IMG/VR virus record: IMGVR_UViG_3300013126_000009
DNA length: 64,000 nt
DNA from: a virus
Lineage: Duplodnaviria; Heunggongvirae; Uroviricota; Caudoviricetes
Direction: 5' to 3' (one strand)
Shown: positions 40,284 through 50,813 of the stretch, piece after piece
How positions within the stretch are numbered: the stretch's first letter is position 1
Layout: each line of letters opens with the position of its first letter
Position numbers and translations under genes: made by a program
Notes under the pieces: generated by a model
Told to the model about the DNA's origin: nothing
Database searches by the model: none
The model's input: the letters and a program-made list of their open reading frames with translations, nothing else

Positions 40284-40689
40284 GATTTTAGGTACAAAAG
40301 ATTCTATCGGTAATATATACATTCACATGCACATTGAAGACGCTAAGATATTCTTAACGGACTTATTGGATTATGAATTAATTGTTGATAGTATATTACC
40401 AGTATATGAAAAAAGAGACTCATTACAAAAGTCAGCAATCACATTAAACATACAGAAAATAACTGAACTACAAAAACAGAGTGAATTATGTGAAGAACAG
40501 AATCTTAAACTTAAAGGTGTCTTAAATAATTTAGAGGAAATAGGTACATTTAAAGATTTGACAATAGAAAATGTTGAGAAACAGGTAAAAAAGGAGAAGC
40601 TAAAGAAAACATTAGGTTTCATAGGTTCTGGTATTGGTGGTATAGGTATCGGAATAGTAGTTGGTTTCACCGTCTTTTATTTAAGATGA
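40162..40689 (+). CDS. secreted/membrane coiled-coil protein (possible spanin-like)
   Basis: Signal-like N-terminus, coiled coil, C-terminal Gly-rich TM. Confidence 0.45.
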   Translation: MKFIYSIKTGIKKSLLLVIFLMTPLLVNSQSIYNGEIKRGEILGTKDSIGNIYIHMHIEDAKIFLTDLLDYELIVDSILPVYEKRDSLQKSAITLNIQKITELQKQSELCEEQNLKLKGVLNNLEEIGTFKDLTIENVEKQVKKEKLKKTLGFIGSGIGGIGIGIVVGFTVFYLR

Positions 40690-40711
40690 CACAAATAACA
40701 TAATTAGAAAG

Positions 40712-40739
40712 AAACCTCACCGATTGGTGAGGTTTTTTT
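40712..40739 (+). terminator. rho-independent terminator
   Basis: AAACCTCACC-GATT-GGTGAGGTTT followed by a T-run. Confidence 0.85.
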
Positions 40740-40779
40740 GTTTATTATTCATATTTACAGATATAATTATAATTGTATC

Positions 40780-41025
40780 ATGGCGAACGAAAAAATAACA
40801 GAGGCTATAACTAAAACCGATAAGTCGGAAATCAAGACCTACGTAATCAATTCTAAAGACCTTGAGGATAAAATTGAAAAAATCATTAAGGCTAAGTTGA
40901 AGAATAACAAGGAACTTGAAGATAAGGTTGTTGATATAACCAGAAATGTATTAACTCAATTGTATAAGAACCTTTGGGTTAAGAGAAATTTTTGGGCCAG
41001 TTCACTATCAAATAAATCAGCATAA
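40780..41025 (+). CDS. hypothetical protein
   Basis: ATG 40780 after TATTTA (40752). Confidence 0.65.
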   Translation: MANEKITEAITKTDKSEIKTYVINSKDLEDKIEKIIKAKLKNNKELEDKVVDITRNVLTQLYKNLWVKRNFWASSLSNKSA

Positions 41026-42272
41026 TGAAACGAATTAAGATAAACGAATCACAAGCAATCCTATTAAAAAAATTGGGTGCTAAAAAGAAAAAGCTAAAAC
41101 TGACATCAGAACAGTTTAACCGATTATGTGAATCAAAACTTGGGGCTGAAGGTGTTGTGCATAATTTTAAAAACAATGCAACAAAATTTGGTATGGCACC
41201 CAATCAATTCAAAGAAGAGGTTGAAAGTGTAAATGCTAATGAATTAAAAAAAGCTGTTATTGAATTGTTAAGGTCGTCTTTAAGTGATTCAGAAGTTAAA
41301 GAAATTCCACCAATACTACAATCTTTAGGAATATCAATTGACGATATTAAAGACATCGCCACTGAAGAATTCATAATGGCTGAAGTAGAAACTAAAAAAA
41401 CCATCATTGATGAATTTGTTAATGAGTTATTAAATAGAACAAGCGTTAATGAAGGTGGTGGTGAAGAAATAAAACATTATCACCTGTTAAGCCATTTAAA
41501 TGATTTACCAGATACAAGGGACGAAGTTGATTGGCAGAACGGCCCAAAATATTTAATTGACAGCATAACTGATGGTGATGCGAAAACTGTTGTTAGGGAT
41601 AAAGAATTCTTTATTGGTAGAACATTTAAAACTCGTGCTGATAAAGTGATTAAAGAGATGGGGTATATTAAAAACTTTGCCAAAAAATTCGGTGAACTAC
41701 CAGTATTTCAAATCGAGGGTAACAATATAAAGGTCGTTAACCCAAAATTCTTAGAATGGCGAGACGAATACATAAAAAATAAAGCGGGTGTGTTAGATAA
41801 ATGGGGTACCACAGAATCTACTGGCGCAGCTTCAAGTGGTGCTTACGTTGGTCCGATGACTATGAGTAATAAAGTGTCTAAAAACTCACCTAGTGAAGAA
41901 ATGAAAGAAATCATATCTGATTCAGATGAAGAATTCAGCGAAGATGACGTAATGGAATCCACTGGAGCAGCGTCAAACGCTACATATGATGCGCCTGGTT
42001 TTGCACCAACAAAGAAGGGTACAAAGATTGGACCGTATAAACAGAATATCGATGTATACCAAACAAATAAACTAACAAAGAATGAGGGTGTTGATAATAC
42101 AACTAACTTAGATGCAACTTCTTGGCCAGATGGTGAATTTGTTGACTTTGATGATTGTGTTAAATTGAATAATAATAAGAAAGCTGAAAATGGTGGTTGT
42201 AGTCAAGGTGATACTGGGGTTGTTAAATTAAGAAAAACCAAAAAATCGATAATATCAAACCAAAAAGGTTAA
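41025..42272 (+). CDS. putative head-associated/internal protein
   Basis: Many (I/L/V)xE motifs and repeated ESTGAASS/N segments. Confidence 0.55.
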   Translation: MKRIKINESQAILLKKLGAKKKKLKLTSEQFNRLCESKLGAEGVVHNFKNNATKFGMAPNQFKEEVESVNANELKKAVIELLRSSLSDSEVKEIPPILQSLGISIDDIKDIATEEFIMAEVETKKTIIDEFVNELLNRTSVNEGGGEEIKHYHLLSHLNDLPDTRDEVDWQNGPKYLIDSITDGDAKTVVRDKEFFIGRTFKTRADKVIKEMGYIKNFAKKFGELPVFQIEGNNIKVVNPKFLEWRDEYIKNKAGVLDKWGTTESTGAASSGAYVGPMTMSNKVSKNSPSEEMKEIISDSDEEFSEDDVMESTGAASNATYDAPGFAPTKKGTKIGPYKQNIDVYQTNKLTKNEGVDNTTNLDATSWPDGEFVDFDDCVKLNNNKKAENGGCSQGDTGVVKLRKTKKSIISNQKG

Positions 42273-42323
42273 AATAAACCACTTTAATTAATTAAAGCAT
42301 ATTTATAAATATACTTAAAAAAA

Positions 42324-43907
42324 ATGGATAAAGAACAATTAAAAAAGGTATTAAGGGAATCAACTCTTTCAGAAGTAAAAGCTGTTGGACTTGCCATCAC
42401 TGATAAAGTGAAAGCTCAGGACAAAAAAGAGAATGATACTTATTATAAAGAAGTTGAGAAAAAGATGTCTGACTACGAGAAAGCGTCCACCTCTTCAATA
42501 CCTGACGCAATAGAAGAACCCAAGTTCAATTATGATTATGAAGATGAGGTTGAATATCATGAAGACATGGAAATCCGTAATGGTATGGAAATGTTGAATT
42601 ATGATAGAAAACCATCAGAAAAATTCAGTCAAAGGGCGAAAGAAGCCATTGAGGGTTCATCAAATATGGGCAATAACCCAGAATGGGCAAATGTGTTTCC
42701 AGAACAACAAGGTTTCACAGGTCCAGAATTCGGTAAAAAATTGGTTAAAACGATTGAGCGTTCAAAAGCGAAACGCGATGCCGCAACACCAACATTTGAC
42801 CAATTCGGTGATGATATCGAAGAAAAGAATGTGGGTGTGAATAAAACCAAAAGTGCTTATAAACCAAAAGTTACAAAAAAACCAGTAGCAATACAAGAAT
42901 CTAAAAAAATTAAATTGAATGAAGCTTTAACCGAAAAGGGTATTGCTTTAGTATCTAAATGGATTGATGAAAATGGCGCTAGAGGGGCTGGAATTAAATT
43001 GATTGATGCTATTTTGCGTAAAAAGATTGGGTTATCCAGTTCAGACCTTAGCGATTCAAGCACTTTTATGAATGGTTTAGATGCTGTTGAGGAAGCTTTG
43101 GATGAGAAAGATTTACAAGGTGCATATAACATAGCCAAAGAAACCGCACAAGAAATGATTGATGAAGAGGGTGAAGCATATGGTTTCATGGAAGAAGGTT
43201 CAGGTAGTAATAGTTTGGAAAGTGTTAAAGCCAAAGCTAAACAAGAATCTCGTGATTGCGGTTGTGCGCAACATGTAAATGAAAAATCAAAAGGTGTTTA
43301 TGTTATAGAAGATTTTTATGATGCTGACACTACAGTTGCCAGCTTTGAGGATGGTAGACAATTAAACGAAAATAATAATAAATCAGAAATAAAAGAATCG
43401 ACTAAAATGAAAAGATTAAAATTCAAAAAACCATTCAATGGTATTGAGACAGCACTTAAAGTGATTCCAGAATCATACAAAGTAGATAACAAAGTATTCG
43501 AAATGACCGATGGTAATGAACATTATAAAATTCGTTGGGAAGGTTCACTGAATGAAGGTACACCTGTTGTTTTGAACGCATACGATAAGACTTTGGTTCA
43601 AGAATCAATGGATAAAATCAAACACCTTATGGGTTTCAAATCTGAAGAAACTTTGGGTAATCTTAAAGGTGCTCAACGAATTGAGGAAAACAAAGTATTT
43701 GCTGATATGCTTAAAAAAACCAGAACTCTTATGACCGAGGGTGAAGCAAAACCAGATTTTTTGGATTTGGATAAAGACGGTGATAAAAGTGAACCAATGA
43801 AAGATGCCGCAAAGGACGCTGAAGAACCAGTTAAAGAAGAAGATACTATTGAGGAGGAAATTGTTGAAACTGTTGAAATTGATAAATCAATTAAAGATTC
43901 TGAATAA
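42324..43907 (+). CDS. putative head-associated/scaffold-like protein
   Basis: Highly charged; many LxE motifs; KPDFLDLDKDGDKSEPMK motif. Confidence 0.55.
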   Translation: MDKEQLKKVLRESTLSEVKAVGLAITDKVKAQDKKENDTYYKEVEKKMSDYEKASTSSIPDAIEEPKFNYDYEDEVEYHEDMEIRNGMEMLNYDRKPSEKFSQRAKEAIEGSSNMGNNPEWANVFPEQQGFTGPEFGKKLVKTIERSKAKRDAATPTFDQFGDDIEEKNVGVNKTKSAYKPKVTKKPVAIQESKKIKLNEALTEKGIALVSKWIDENGARGAGIKLIDAILRKKIGLSSSDLSDSSTFMNGLDAVEEALDEKDLQGAYNIAKETAQEMIDEEGEAYGFMEEGSGSNSLESVKAKAKQESRDCGCAQHVNEKSKGVYVIEDFYDADTTVASFEDGRQLNENNNKSEIKESTKMKRLKFKKPFNGIETALKVIPESYKVDNKVFEMTDGNEHYKIRWEGSLNEGTPVVLNAYDKTLVQESMDKIKHLMGFKSEETLGNLKGAQRIEENKVFADMLKKTRTLMTEGEAKPDFLDLDKDGDKSEPMKDAAKDAEEPVKEEDTIEEEIVETVEIDKSIKDSE

Positions 43908-44539
43908 TGAAAAGAAACGGCAAATATAAAAGTATCTTAAAAGCCAATTTGATGTTGGAACAAAGATTCATCGGTAATGGTGAATCTTCTGTTTTAACTG
44001 AAGACGTTAATTTTGACACCACCAATATTGATGATATGGTTAAAGTCATAAACGGTAAAGACATATCTGTTAAACTCGAAGACGGTGTTGTAATAACAGG
44101 TAAACCAGAATTAAATAGAAATAGGTTATTTCAACTAAGTTTACCAATTAAAACCGAAAATGGTGATAAGTATTTTTCGTTTTACAACGGGAAATTTGCT
44201 ATGGGTGGTAACGAAATAGTCGCTGGTATGAATGACGAGTCAAATGATTGGTTGAAAGCTGCAACTAAAGTTTATAGTTTAGCTGAAATGAAGATGTATC
44301 CAGAAAAGTTTGCCAAACACTCTGAAGAAGGTGAAAGACCAATCGTAATATTGAATACTGATGATTGGGCTGAAGAAGTAGGTAAATTAATCATGAGTGG
44401 TTATAAAAATTCTATTGGTGTTGATTTAGATGTCAATAAACTACCAATGAGTCAATACGGTAAGTATCCTTTTATTATATACGTTAATGATAAGAATAAG
44501 ACTGTCGAGCATCGCGGTGAGCATACAGATTTAAAGTAG
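43907..44539 (+). CDS. hypothetical protein (LxE-type N-terminus)
   Basis: LKANLMLEQ...VLTED. Confidence 0.6.
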   Translation: MKRNGKYKSILKANLMLEQRFIGNGESSVLTEDVNFDTTNIDDMVKVINGKDISVKLEDGVVITGKPELNRNRLFQLSLPIKTENGDKYFSFYNGKFAMGGNEIVAGMNDESNDWLKAATKVYSLAEMKMYPEKFAKHSEEGERPIVILNTDDWAEEVGKLIMSGYKNSIGVDLDVNKLPMSQYGKYPFIIYVNDKNKTVEHRGEHTDLK

Positions 44540-44541
44540 TT

Positions 44542-45234
44542 GTGGAAATTATTGACCGAATATTAGAGGACGGGGAATACGTTAAAGAAAAAACCACAAA
44601 GAATACCATTTATCTTCATGCAACAGCTGGGTCACACAGAGCCGATTGGACCATTGATGGTTGGAATAGAGATAGAGACTCAAATAAGGGCAGAATACGT
44701 ATAGCAACATCATTTGTTATTGGTGGTCTTGATAGAAACGGTAGCGATAAAGACAGTATGGATGGTAAAATCTATCGAGCCTTTGATGAAGATTATTGGG
44801 CTTACCATTTGGGTCTTAAAACCAGTAACAATAAAAAACTTAATCAACAGTCCATAGGTATCGAAATATGTAATTATGGGCCGTTAACAAAGACCAAGGA
44901 CGGTAAATTCCTTAATTATGTTAATTCAGTAATTGATGAATCACAGGTTTGTGATTTAGGTTTTAACTTCAGAGGATTTCAGTATTATCAAAAGTATACC
45001 GATAAACAGATACAAGCAGTTAAAGAACTAATGATATTTTTGAGTGAGAAATATGGTATTGATTTACGATGTGGTCTTGCTGAATATGCCGATGAACCTA
45101 ACGGAAAAGGTTTTGAAATAAATGACCACGCTCTGAATGGTGATTGGGGTGTATGGTCACACACATCAGTTAGAAAAGATAAATTTGATATTTTTCCCCA
45201 ACCAGAAATGATTGAAATGTTAAAAGCATTTTAA
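44542..45234 (+). CDS. N-acetylmuramoyl-L-alanine amidase (Amidase_2 endolysin)
   Basis: IYLHATAG, SIGIEICN, YTDKQ and WSHTSVRKDKFD. Confidence 0.8.
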   Translation: MEIIDRILEDGEYVKEKTTKNTIYLHATAGSHRADWTIDGWNRDRDSNKGRIRIATSFVIGGLDRNGSDKDSMDGKIYRAFDEDYWAYHLGLKTSNNKKLNQQSIGIEICNYGPLTKTKDGKFLNYVNSVIDESQVCDLGFNFRGFQYYQKYTDKQIQAVKELMIFLSEKYGIDLRCGLAEYADEPNGKGFEINDHALNGDWGVWSHTSVRKDKFDIFPQPEMIEMLKAF

Positions 45235-45280
45235 GTTTACAAATTGGGTTTATTGCATACATTCAGTTCATTATTAAATT

Positions 45281-45772
45281 ATGATGGACATGAATAAATT
45301 CAACGAATTTTTCAATTATATACAGACACCGATATCAAAAGAAAGCATCTTAATGATATTCAATAACGAGGATATAATACACCAAAAATTGGTATTATAT
45401 GGTGACTTTGTATTAACTTTATTTAAATTCTGTTTTGATACTTATATGGGTGATGATATAACCAATGAGGTACAACAATTAAATCATTATAATTGGTGTT
45501 TTAAAAGAACTGTTGAGGCATTTGAAGCTGAGAATATAAAATTAGGTGACTTAAAGGACTTAAAGGAATATTATAGGGATTTTATGGTTGAAGTGTACTA
45601 CTCAATGCCAGATAAGGAAAATAGTCAGGATAAAATTGATAATATCACATTATTTTGGAAACAGCTATTTGATTATAATACGACAAAAACAAAGGCTGAT
45701 ATCGATTGTCTGATATCAGTTTATAAGTTATTTGAAAAATCAATTGGTCAAAAATCTTTGTCCAAAACTTGA
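45281..45772 (+). CDS. hypothetical protein
   Basis: 163-aa ORF. Confidence 0.7.
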   Translation: MMDMNKFNEFFNYIQTPISKESILMIFNNEDIIHQKLVLYGDFVLTLFKFCFDTYMGDDITNEVQQLNHYNWCFKRTVEAFEAENIKLGDLKDLKEYYRDFMVEVYYSMPDKENSQDKIDNITLFWKQLFDYNTTKTKADIDCLISVYKLFEKSIGQKSLSKT

Positions 45773-45802
45773 TTTTTCAAACTATTAAACTATAATTAGG
45801 TC

Positions 45803-46033
45803 ATGAGAATATTTAGTATGGTTTTAAGTGGACTTGTCCATGAACAAGTTAAATTAGATAACGAGTTAGAACGTCTTGTTAATAATAAGACATTACATAC
45901 CGATGATTTGGTTTCAATGATAAATGATGTTTTAGAAAAACAAGTTATCAACACAATGAAGATTCAAAAATGGCAAGAACTTCAGAAAACTGCGGTACAG
46001 CCAGAAAATAATTTAGAAACAAACAGTAAATAA
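45803..46033 (+). CDS. hypothetical protein
   Basis: 76-aa ORF. Confidence 0.6.
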   Translation: MRIFSMVLSGLVHEQVKLDNELERLVNNKTLHTDDLVSMINDVLEKQVINTMKIQKWQELQKTAVQPENNLETNSK

Positions 46034-46034
46034 A

Positions 46035-46214
46035 ATGAAAGCAGAATTTGCAAAAATAAAAGAAATCATAGCGTCCATTGATGAGGATGTCGAAAAGTTT
46101 TATGATAAGGATAATAAATCAGCTGGTATTAGAGTCAGAGTTGGTTTACAGGAAGTTAAAAAACTTGCCCAAAGTATTAGATTGAATATTTCACAAGTAA
46201 GAAAATCATTGTGA
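46035..46214 (+). CDS. Bacteroidota-type histone H1-like (Hc1) small protein, missing from the ORF track
   Basis: 59 aa, MKAEFAKIKEIIASIDEDVEKFYDKDNKSAGIRVRVGLQEVKKLAQSIR...; the KFY-x-K-x-N-x-x-AG-x-R-x-R motif is typical of this family. Confidence 0.7.
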   Translation: MKAEFAKIKEIIASIDEDVEKFYDKDNKSAGIRVRVGLQEVKKLAQSIRLNISQVRKSL

Positions 46215-46423
46215 TGTTACTATTGGTAAATAAGATATTGATAATGTTATTGGTACTTTCAGTATTGAACGTATTAAGACATTCGTATTTTTTCATACAA
46301 GCGTTTATTATGACCAGACGAGGCGAACCTAGCAGGTATTCAATTGATAGTAAACAATTATTAATATTTGGTATCTCATTAGCGTTTATAATAACATCTA
46401 TTTTCACGGGTATTACCTTTTAA
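46211..46423 (+). CDS. small membrane protein
   Basis: Two hydrophobic segments. Confidence 0.55.
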   Translation: MMLLLVNKILIMLLVLSVLNVLRHSYFFIQAFIMTRRGEPSRYSIDSKQLLIFGISLAFIITSIFTGITF

Positions 46424-46434
46424 ACTTAATACAA

Positions 46435-47022
46435 ATGGCGATACAAGAAAGATTAGATGAACTAAGCCCATATGTTACGACAATAAGATATGGTAAAACA
46501 CCAATAGTTGAAGTTGAATTTCCATCCAGTTGGGGTGTACCAAAATCAGATGGGATACAATTCAAAGCTGTAAACGAACTTAAAGAATCAGACACCTTAC
46601 AGTGTGTGGCTTATTCTGAAGACCCAAAACATAATGTTGACTCATTATTGGATTTTATCGAACGAGCGATTAAGTTGAATAAGGAAAGAGAAATGAAGAA
46701 TGAACTCTTCAAAGAGAAAGTATCTGAACTTAAAAATCTATTTAATAAAACTCAATTGACTAAACTTAAAGGTCTTAAATTTACCTTCCCAGAAGACTCT
46801 ATTGAATTGGATACCAATTATGAATTGGATGATGAAACCGTTGTTGAATCCGATGAAAAAGAAACGGTTGTTGAACCAAAGGAAGCTGCATCAAATAAAC
46901 CAATCAATGAGGTCGTTGTTGAAGAACCTGTGAAGAATGGTAAACCAGTATTGGCAGATTTCAATGCACCACCATGCAAATGCAAAAATGGTGAGTCATG
47001 CCCATCTTGCATCGATTATTGA
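46435..47022 (+). CDS. hypothetical protein with C-terminal CxCxxxxxCxxC
   Basis: 195 aa. Confidence 0.7.
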   Translation: MAIQERLDELSPYVTTIRYGKTPIVEVEFPSSWGVPKSDGIQFKAVNELKESDTLQCVAYSEDPKHNVDSLLDFIERAIKLNKEREMKNELFKEKVSELKNLFNKTQLTKLKGLKFTFPEDSIELDTNYELDDETVVESDEKETVVEPKEAASNKPINEVVVEEPVKNGKPVLADFNAPPCKCKNGESCPSCIDY

Positions 47023-47372
47023 TTATTGAACGCCCGTTCAAAGGCTTCCTGTATTATGTGTATTAACCATACAATACCACCAGCAAACATACCATCCAAA
47101 AATATCTTACCAACGAATAATAACATATCATAATTCATTGGTAAGAACATACCAATCTCTGTCATTGGTGTATTGATATTGAACTTCTGAAAAACCATCG
47201 ATAGACCAAAACCAACCCAAACACTAAGACACATAGGGCAACTGAAAAGTTTTCCAAAGAACGTTGGGCTTTGCGCATCCCAAAAATCTCTCCAATTCTG
47301 AAAGATACTACCGAATACCAATATATTGGTTATTCCGTATGCTATTATACTGTAAACAAATATTAATTCCAT
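47016..47372 (-). CDS. membrane protein with CPMC motif (DUF1360-like)
   Basis: FGKLFSCPMCLSVWVGF; three hydrophobic segments. Confidence 0.6.
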   Translation of the reverse strand: MELIFVYSIIAYGITNILVFGSIFQNWRDFWDAQSPTFFGKLFSCPMCLSVWVGFGLSMVFQKFNINTPMTEIGMFLPMNYDMLLFVGKIFLDGMFAGGIVWLIHIIQEAFERAFNNQ

Positions 47373-47425
47373 CTCTTTAATCTTTGTTTAAATGTATTTA
47401 TAATATATGGATAAGTCAAGAAATT

Positions 47426-47860
47426 ATGATAAAAGACAAATTTAGGGAAATGATTTTTGAAAACGAAAAGCGAAAAGCTGTCGGTATTTTGGTTTTATGT
47501 AAAAAAACTGATAAAGTTTTGTTATTAAAAAGAAATTGTGAACCCCATAAGGGAAAATGGTCACTATTAAGCGGTGGTATCGATGAAGGTGAAACAAGAA
47601 TGGCAGCATTAAAACGTGAAATAATGGAAGAAATCAAAGTTGATGCTGATGACAAAATTGATATCAAATATCGATATTCACAAGACATGGGTGATAAAAT
47701 GTTCTATTATTACGAGGGCTTTACAAATGCGGAATTTAAATGTACATTAGACAATGAAAATAGTGACTATGGTTGGTTTGCCATTGATGAACTACCAACA
47801 CCGCTATACCCTAAAACAAAGGAGAAAATTGAAGAGCTATGTCAAAAAAACAAGAAGTAA
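47426..47860 (+). CDS. NUDIX hydrolase
   Basis: Nudix box GGIDEGETRMAALKREIMEE; start corrected to ATG 47426. Confidence 0.88.
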   Translation: MIKDKFREMIFENEKRKAVGILVLCKKTDKVLLLKRNCEPHKGKWSLLSGGIDEGETRMAALKREIMEEIKVDADDKIDIKYRYSQDMGDKMFYYYEGFTNAEFKCTLDNENSDYGWFAIDELPTPLYPKTKEKIEELCQKNKK

Positions 47861-48141
47861 GTTTGGATGAATTATTGGAAATTACAAATAAACAGACAAA
47901 GAACTTTATAAAAACACTTGAAGCTGAGGAAAAATTTGAACGTGTTGAGACTGAAGAGAATGTAATGCGTGAAATCATGGCTGATAGGCAGAATTCTGAA
48001 CTAAAAAAACAATTATTCATTCAAGAAATAAGAAATGGTTTAGGTGAAGAGATAAAACAAAATCGTGGTGTTAGGCGAGTTGAGAAGTCTCGTTGGACCA
48101 AAATAAAAGAAAGTATCGAAGACTTTTTTCTCAAATTCTAA
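47839..48141 (+). CDS. hypothetical protein
   Basis: 100 aa. Confidence 0.6.
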   Translation: MSKKQEVSLDELLEITNKQTKNFIKTLEAEEKFERVETEENVMREIMADRQNSELKKQLFIQEIRNGLGEEIKQNRGVRRVEKSRWTKIKESIEDFFLKF

Positions 48142-48389
48142 TGGTTATGAAAAATAAAATTAAAATGTTCACATATAATGATATTGTTGAGACCATATCA
48201 GAGATTGTCAATAACGATAAGATACATAAAGAAGGTCTTACATTAAATTATGTTATAGATTCGCATAACCATAAAAAGTTGGACGAAACCTTATATTACA
48301 AGACAAACCCTAACGGTTCAGATTATGAATATACTGATATAATCGAGATTGAAATGGGTGGAATCAACGTGGTGATTACACACAATTAA
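48141..48389 (+). CDS. hypothetical protein
   Basis: Start corrected to ATG 48141. Confidence 0.55.
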   Translation: MVMKNKIKMFTYNDIVETISEIVNNDKIHKEGLTLNYVIDSHNHKKLDETLYYKTNPNGSDYEYTDIIEIEMGGINVVITHN

Positions 48390-48408
48390 TTTTTTTTTTT
48401 CAATAAAA

Positions 48409-48440
48409 TTTGCATTTTCGAAAAATGCGTTATATATTTG
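48409..48440 (+). promoter_or_regulatory. Bacteroidota sigma-A type promoter
   Basis: TTTG (48409-12), 20 nt, TATATTTG (48433-40). Confidence 0.75.
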
Positions 48441-48479
48441 TACCCAGATTCAAATTAATAATCATTAAAAACTTTAATT

Positions 48480-49922
48480 ATGGGATTAGTAGACGCATTA
48501 AGAACTAAGGATATGACAACCGAAAACGCTATGGCGACAAATTCAACCACATTGAACATGTGTGTTGACCTATTCTCCAGAGTAGGTGCTATGAGAACAC
48601 AATCAGATGCTGATTTGATTAATCTATTTGTCAAAGCGTTTGAGGAAGATGCTCTTACAGCTATGAAAGTTCTTTTCTGGGCTAGAGATATTAGAGGTGG
48701 TGCTGGAGAAAGAAAAATCTTCAAGACAATCATAAGATATCTTGCCGACAACAGAACTGAAGTTATGGCTAAAAATGCCAATCTAATTTCAGAATATGGT
48801 AGATGGGATGACGTATTCGCATTGTTCGGTACCAAGCTTGAAGAAGTGGCCTTAAAAATGATTTCAACAGCGTTGAAGTCTGGTGATGGTCTCGCAGCAA
48901 AATGGTCACCACGACCAAATGGTACCAACCTTAAGAATCGTGCTATTGCAAATAAAATCATGAAGTATATGGGTCTTACGCCAAAGGCTTATAGAAAAAT
49001 GTTGGTTGCAGCAACCAATGTTGTTGAAACCAATATGTGCAATAGAGAATTTTCAGCAATTGATTATTCTAAAGTTCCATCTAAAGCAATGTCTGACTAC
49101 GCTAGAGCATTCGGAAGAAATGACGGTGCTAGATATACTGAGTATCTTAACTCAGTTAATCGTGGCGAAGTTAAGATTAACACTGGTGCGGTATATCCGT
49201 ACAACGTGATGAACATGTTACGTAATGGTAACAAAGCTGGTGCCAACACTATGTGGGACAACCTTCCTAATTATATGGAAAGTAATAACGAAAGACTATT
49301 ACCAGTAGTTGACGTTTCAGGTTCCATGAGTTGTTCAGCTAGTGGCTCAGGTTCTATCACATGTATGGATGTTGCAATCAGCTTGGGTCTTTATATCTCA
49401 GAAAGAAATGTTGGCGAATTTAAAGACGCCTTCATAACTTTCTCAGCCAAACCAAAATTGCAATACCTTAAGGGTAACCTTAATGAAAGGTATAATCAGT
49501 TACATCGCGCCCAGTGGGATATGAATACCAATATTGAAGCTGTGTTCCAATTAATTTTGGATAAGGCAAAGCAAAGTAATGTTCCTCAATCAGAAATGCC
49601 AACAATGGTGCTTATTTTGAGTGACATGCAATTTGATGCCGCAACAGGCTACGGTAGAGTCAGTAGTTGGAATCCAACTGCACAAGAAATGATTAGGTCA
49701 ATGTATGAGAATGCTGGTTATGAGATGCCTAAGTTGGTTTACTGGAACTTGAATGCAGGTAATAGTGATAGCCCAGTAAGTTTCAACGAAACTCAAACTG
49801 CACTTGTCAGTGGATTTAGTCCATCATTACTTACCAATCTTTTGGAAGGTAAGGACATGACACCATACAGCATGATGATGAATGTAATCAGTTCATCAAG
49901 ATATGATGCTGTTACGGTTTAA
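48480..49922 (+). CDS. DUF2828 family protein (TROVE/Ro60-like N-terminus plus vWA domain)
   Basis: LFWARDIRGGAGERK, YGRWDD, AAKWSP, PVVDVSGSM (MIDAS) and ILSDMQFD. Confidence 0.85.
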   Translation: MGLVDALRTKDMTTENAMATNSTTLNMCVDLFSRVGAMRTQSDADLINLFVKAFEEDALTAMKVLFWARDIRGGAGERKIFKTIIRYLADNRTEVMAKNANLISEYGRWDDVFALFGTKLEEVALKMISTALKSGDGLAAKWSPRPNGTNLKNRAIANKIMKYMGLTPKAYRKMLVAATNVVETNMCNREFSAIDYSKVPSKAMSDYARAFGRNDGARYTEYLNSVNRGEVKINTGAVYPYNVMNMLRNGNKAGANTMWDNLPNYMESNNERLLPVVDVSGSMSCSASGSGSITCMDVAISLGLYISERNVGEFKDAFITFSAKPKLQYLKGNLNERYNQLHRAQWDMNTNIEAVFQLILDKAKQSNVPQSEMPTMVLILSDMQFDAATGYGRVSSWNPTAQEMIRSMYENAGYEMPKLVYWNLNAGNSDSPVSFNETQTALVSGFSPSLLTNLLEGKDMTPYSMMMNVISSSRYDAVTV

Positions 49923-49943
49923 TCAACTATCGTAGTTATTTTG

Positions 49944-49974
49944 AAAAGGTGGGAAATATTTCCCACCTTTTTTT
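49944..49974 (+). terminator. rho-independent terminator
   Basis: AAAAGGTGGGAAA-TA-TTTCCCACCTTTT plus T-run. Confidence 0.85.
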
Positions 49975-50033
49975 GTTAACCCCTTTACTAATTCGTTTTT
50001 TTTGTTTAGTGTTAACATATAAACGAATTAAAA

Positions 50034-50291
50034 ATGAAAATATTAGTAAAAAATAGTGATAAATTGTTGAGTACTATTCACGATTCTAAAATAGTTAACG
50101 AGTACTTGGTTTATGTTTTGGATGATAACAATTCACCAATGTATGCTGAAGCTGTTTATGGCTCAACAGATAGAGATTCAACAATAAATAAAGTGTTTTT
50201 AACATACTTCAAAGACGAAAACGTTAAACTTTCAGATGTACTTGAAGAAGTTAAATTCGTAGATTTTATAAAAGACTTAAAAAATGAATGA
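50034..50291 (+). CDS. hypothetical protein
   Basis: 85 aa; coupled to the next gene. Confidence 0.6.
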   Translation: MKILVKNSDKLLSTIHDSKIVNEYLVYVLDDNNSPMYAEAVYGSTDRDSTINKVFLTYFKDENVKLSDVLEEVKFVDFIKDLKNE

Positions 50292-50553
50292 TTCTAAACA
50301 CCCTTTAGTTCTCGTGTTTTATCTTTGCAGAGAATTATTACAAAACCAACGGATAGCAACAGAATTTGCAAATTCGGTTGATATGATGATTAAACAGAAA
50401 GGTTACGATGTTATGGCATTTTTCCTACCAACTGATGGTGAGGAACATATTGAGTGTTTAAATCCAGTACACTTAAGTGAACCAGATATGGAACATGTTT
50501 ATAAAGTATTGGATGAGATTGCAACAGCCTTTGACATGAAAGAAAAGGAATGA
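50284..50553 (+). CDS. hypothetical protein
   Basis: 89 aa. Confidence 0.6.
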   Translation: MNDSKHPLVLVFYLCRELLQNQRIATEFANSVDMMIKQKGYDVMAFFLPTDGEEHIECLNPVHLSEPDMEHVYKVLDEIATAFDMKEKE

Positions 50554-50813
50554 TAGTTTTTGAGAAATATCATTATTTAGATTCTGGCGAAGTTAAAAAA
50601 ATAAATGATGTTTCAGAATTTAAGGAAGGTGAACTATATTTTTCAGTAACAAAAAATCTGAGAAACCAAATAACTTTTAAAATATCGAAGTGCGTGGCTA
50701 TTTCAAATGAGTTACCGTTCTTCGATGAGTTATATAGAAGCGTTGATTGGGCCAACTATAAACTGTTCAAGGAGAGACATGTCAAAGCCAAATTAGAAGA
50801 ATTCATGGTTTAG
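50550..50813 (+). CDS. hypothetical protein
   Basis: 87 aa. Confidence 0.6.
   Translation: MIVFEKYHYLDSGEVKKINDVSEFKEGELYFSVTKNLRNQITFKISKCVAISNELPFFDELYRSVDWANYKLFKERHVKAKLEEFMV

Noticed and set aside
3650-47688. Numerous 60-150-aa ORFs nested in or antisense to long genes (e.g. 5250-5573, 7307-7720, 35767-36225, 42857-43234)
   Set aside because: Typical shadow frames of AT-rich coding sequence, with no motifs or promoters of their own.
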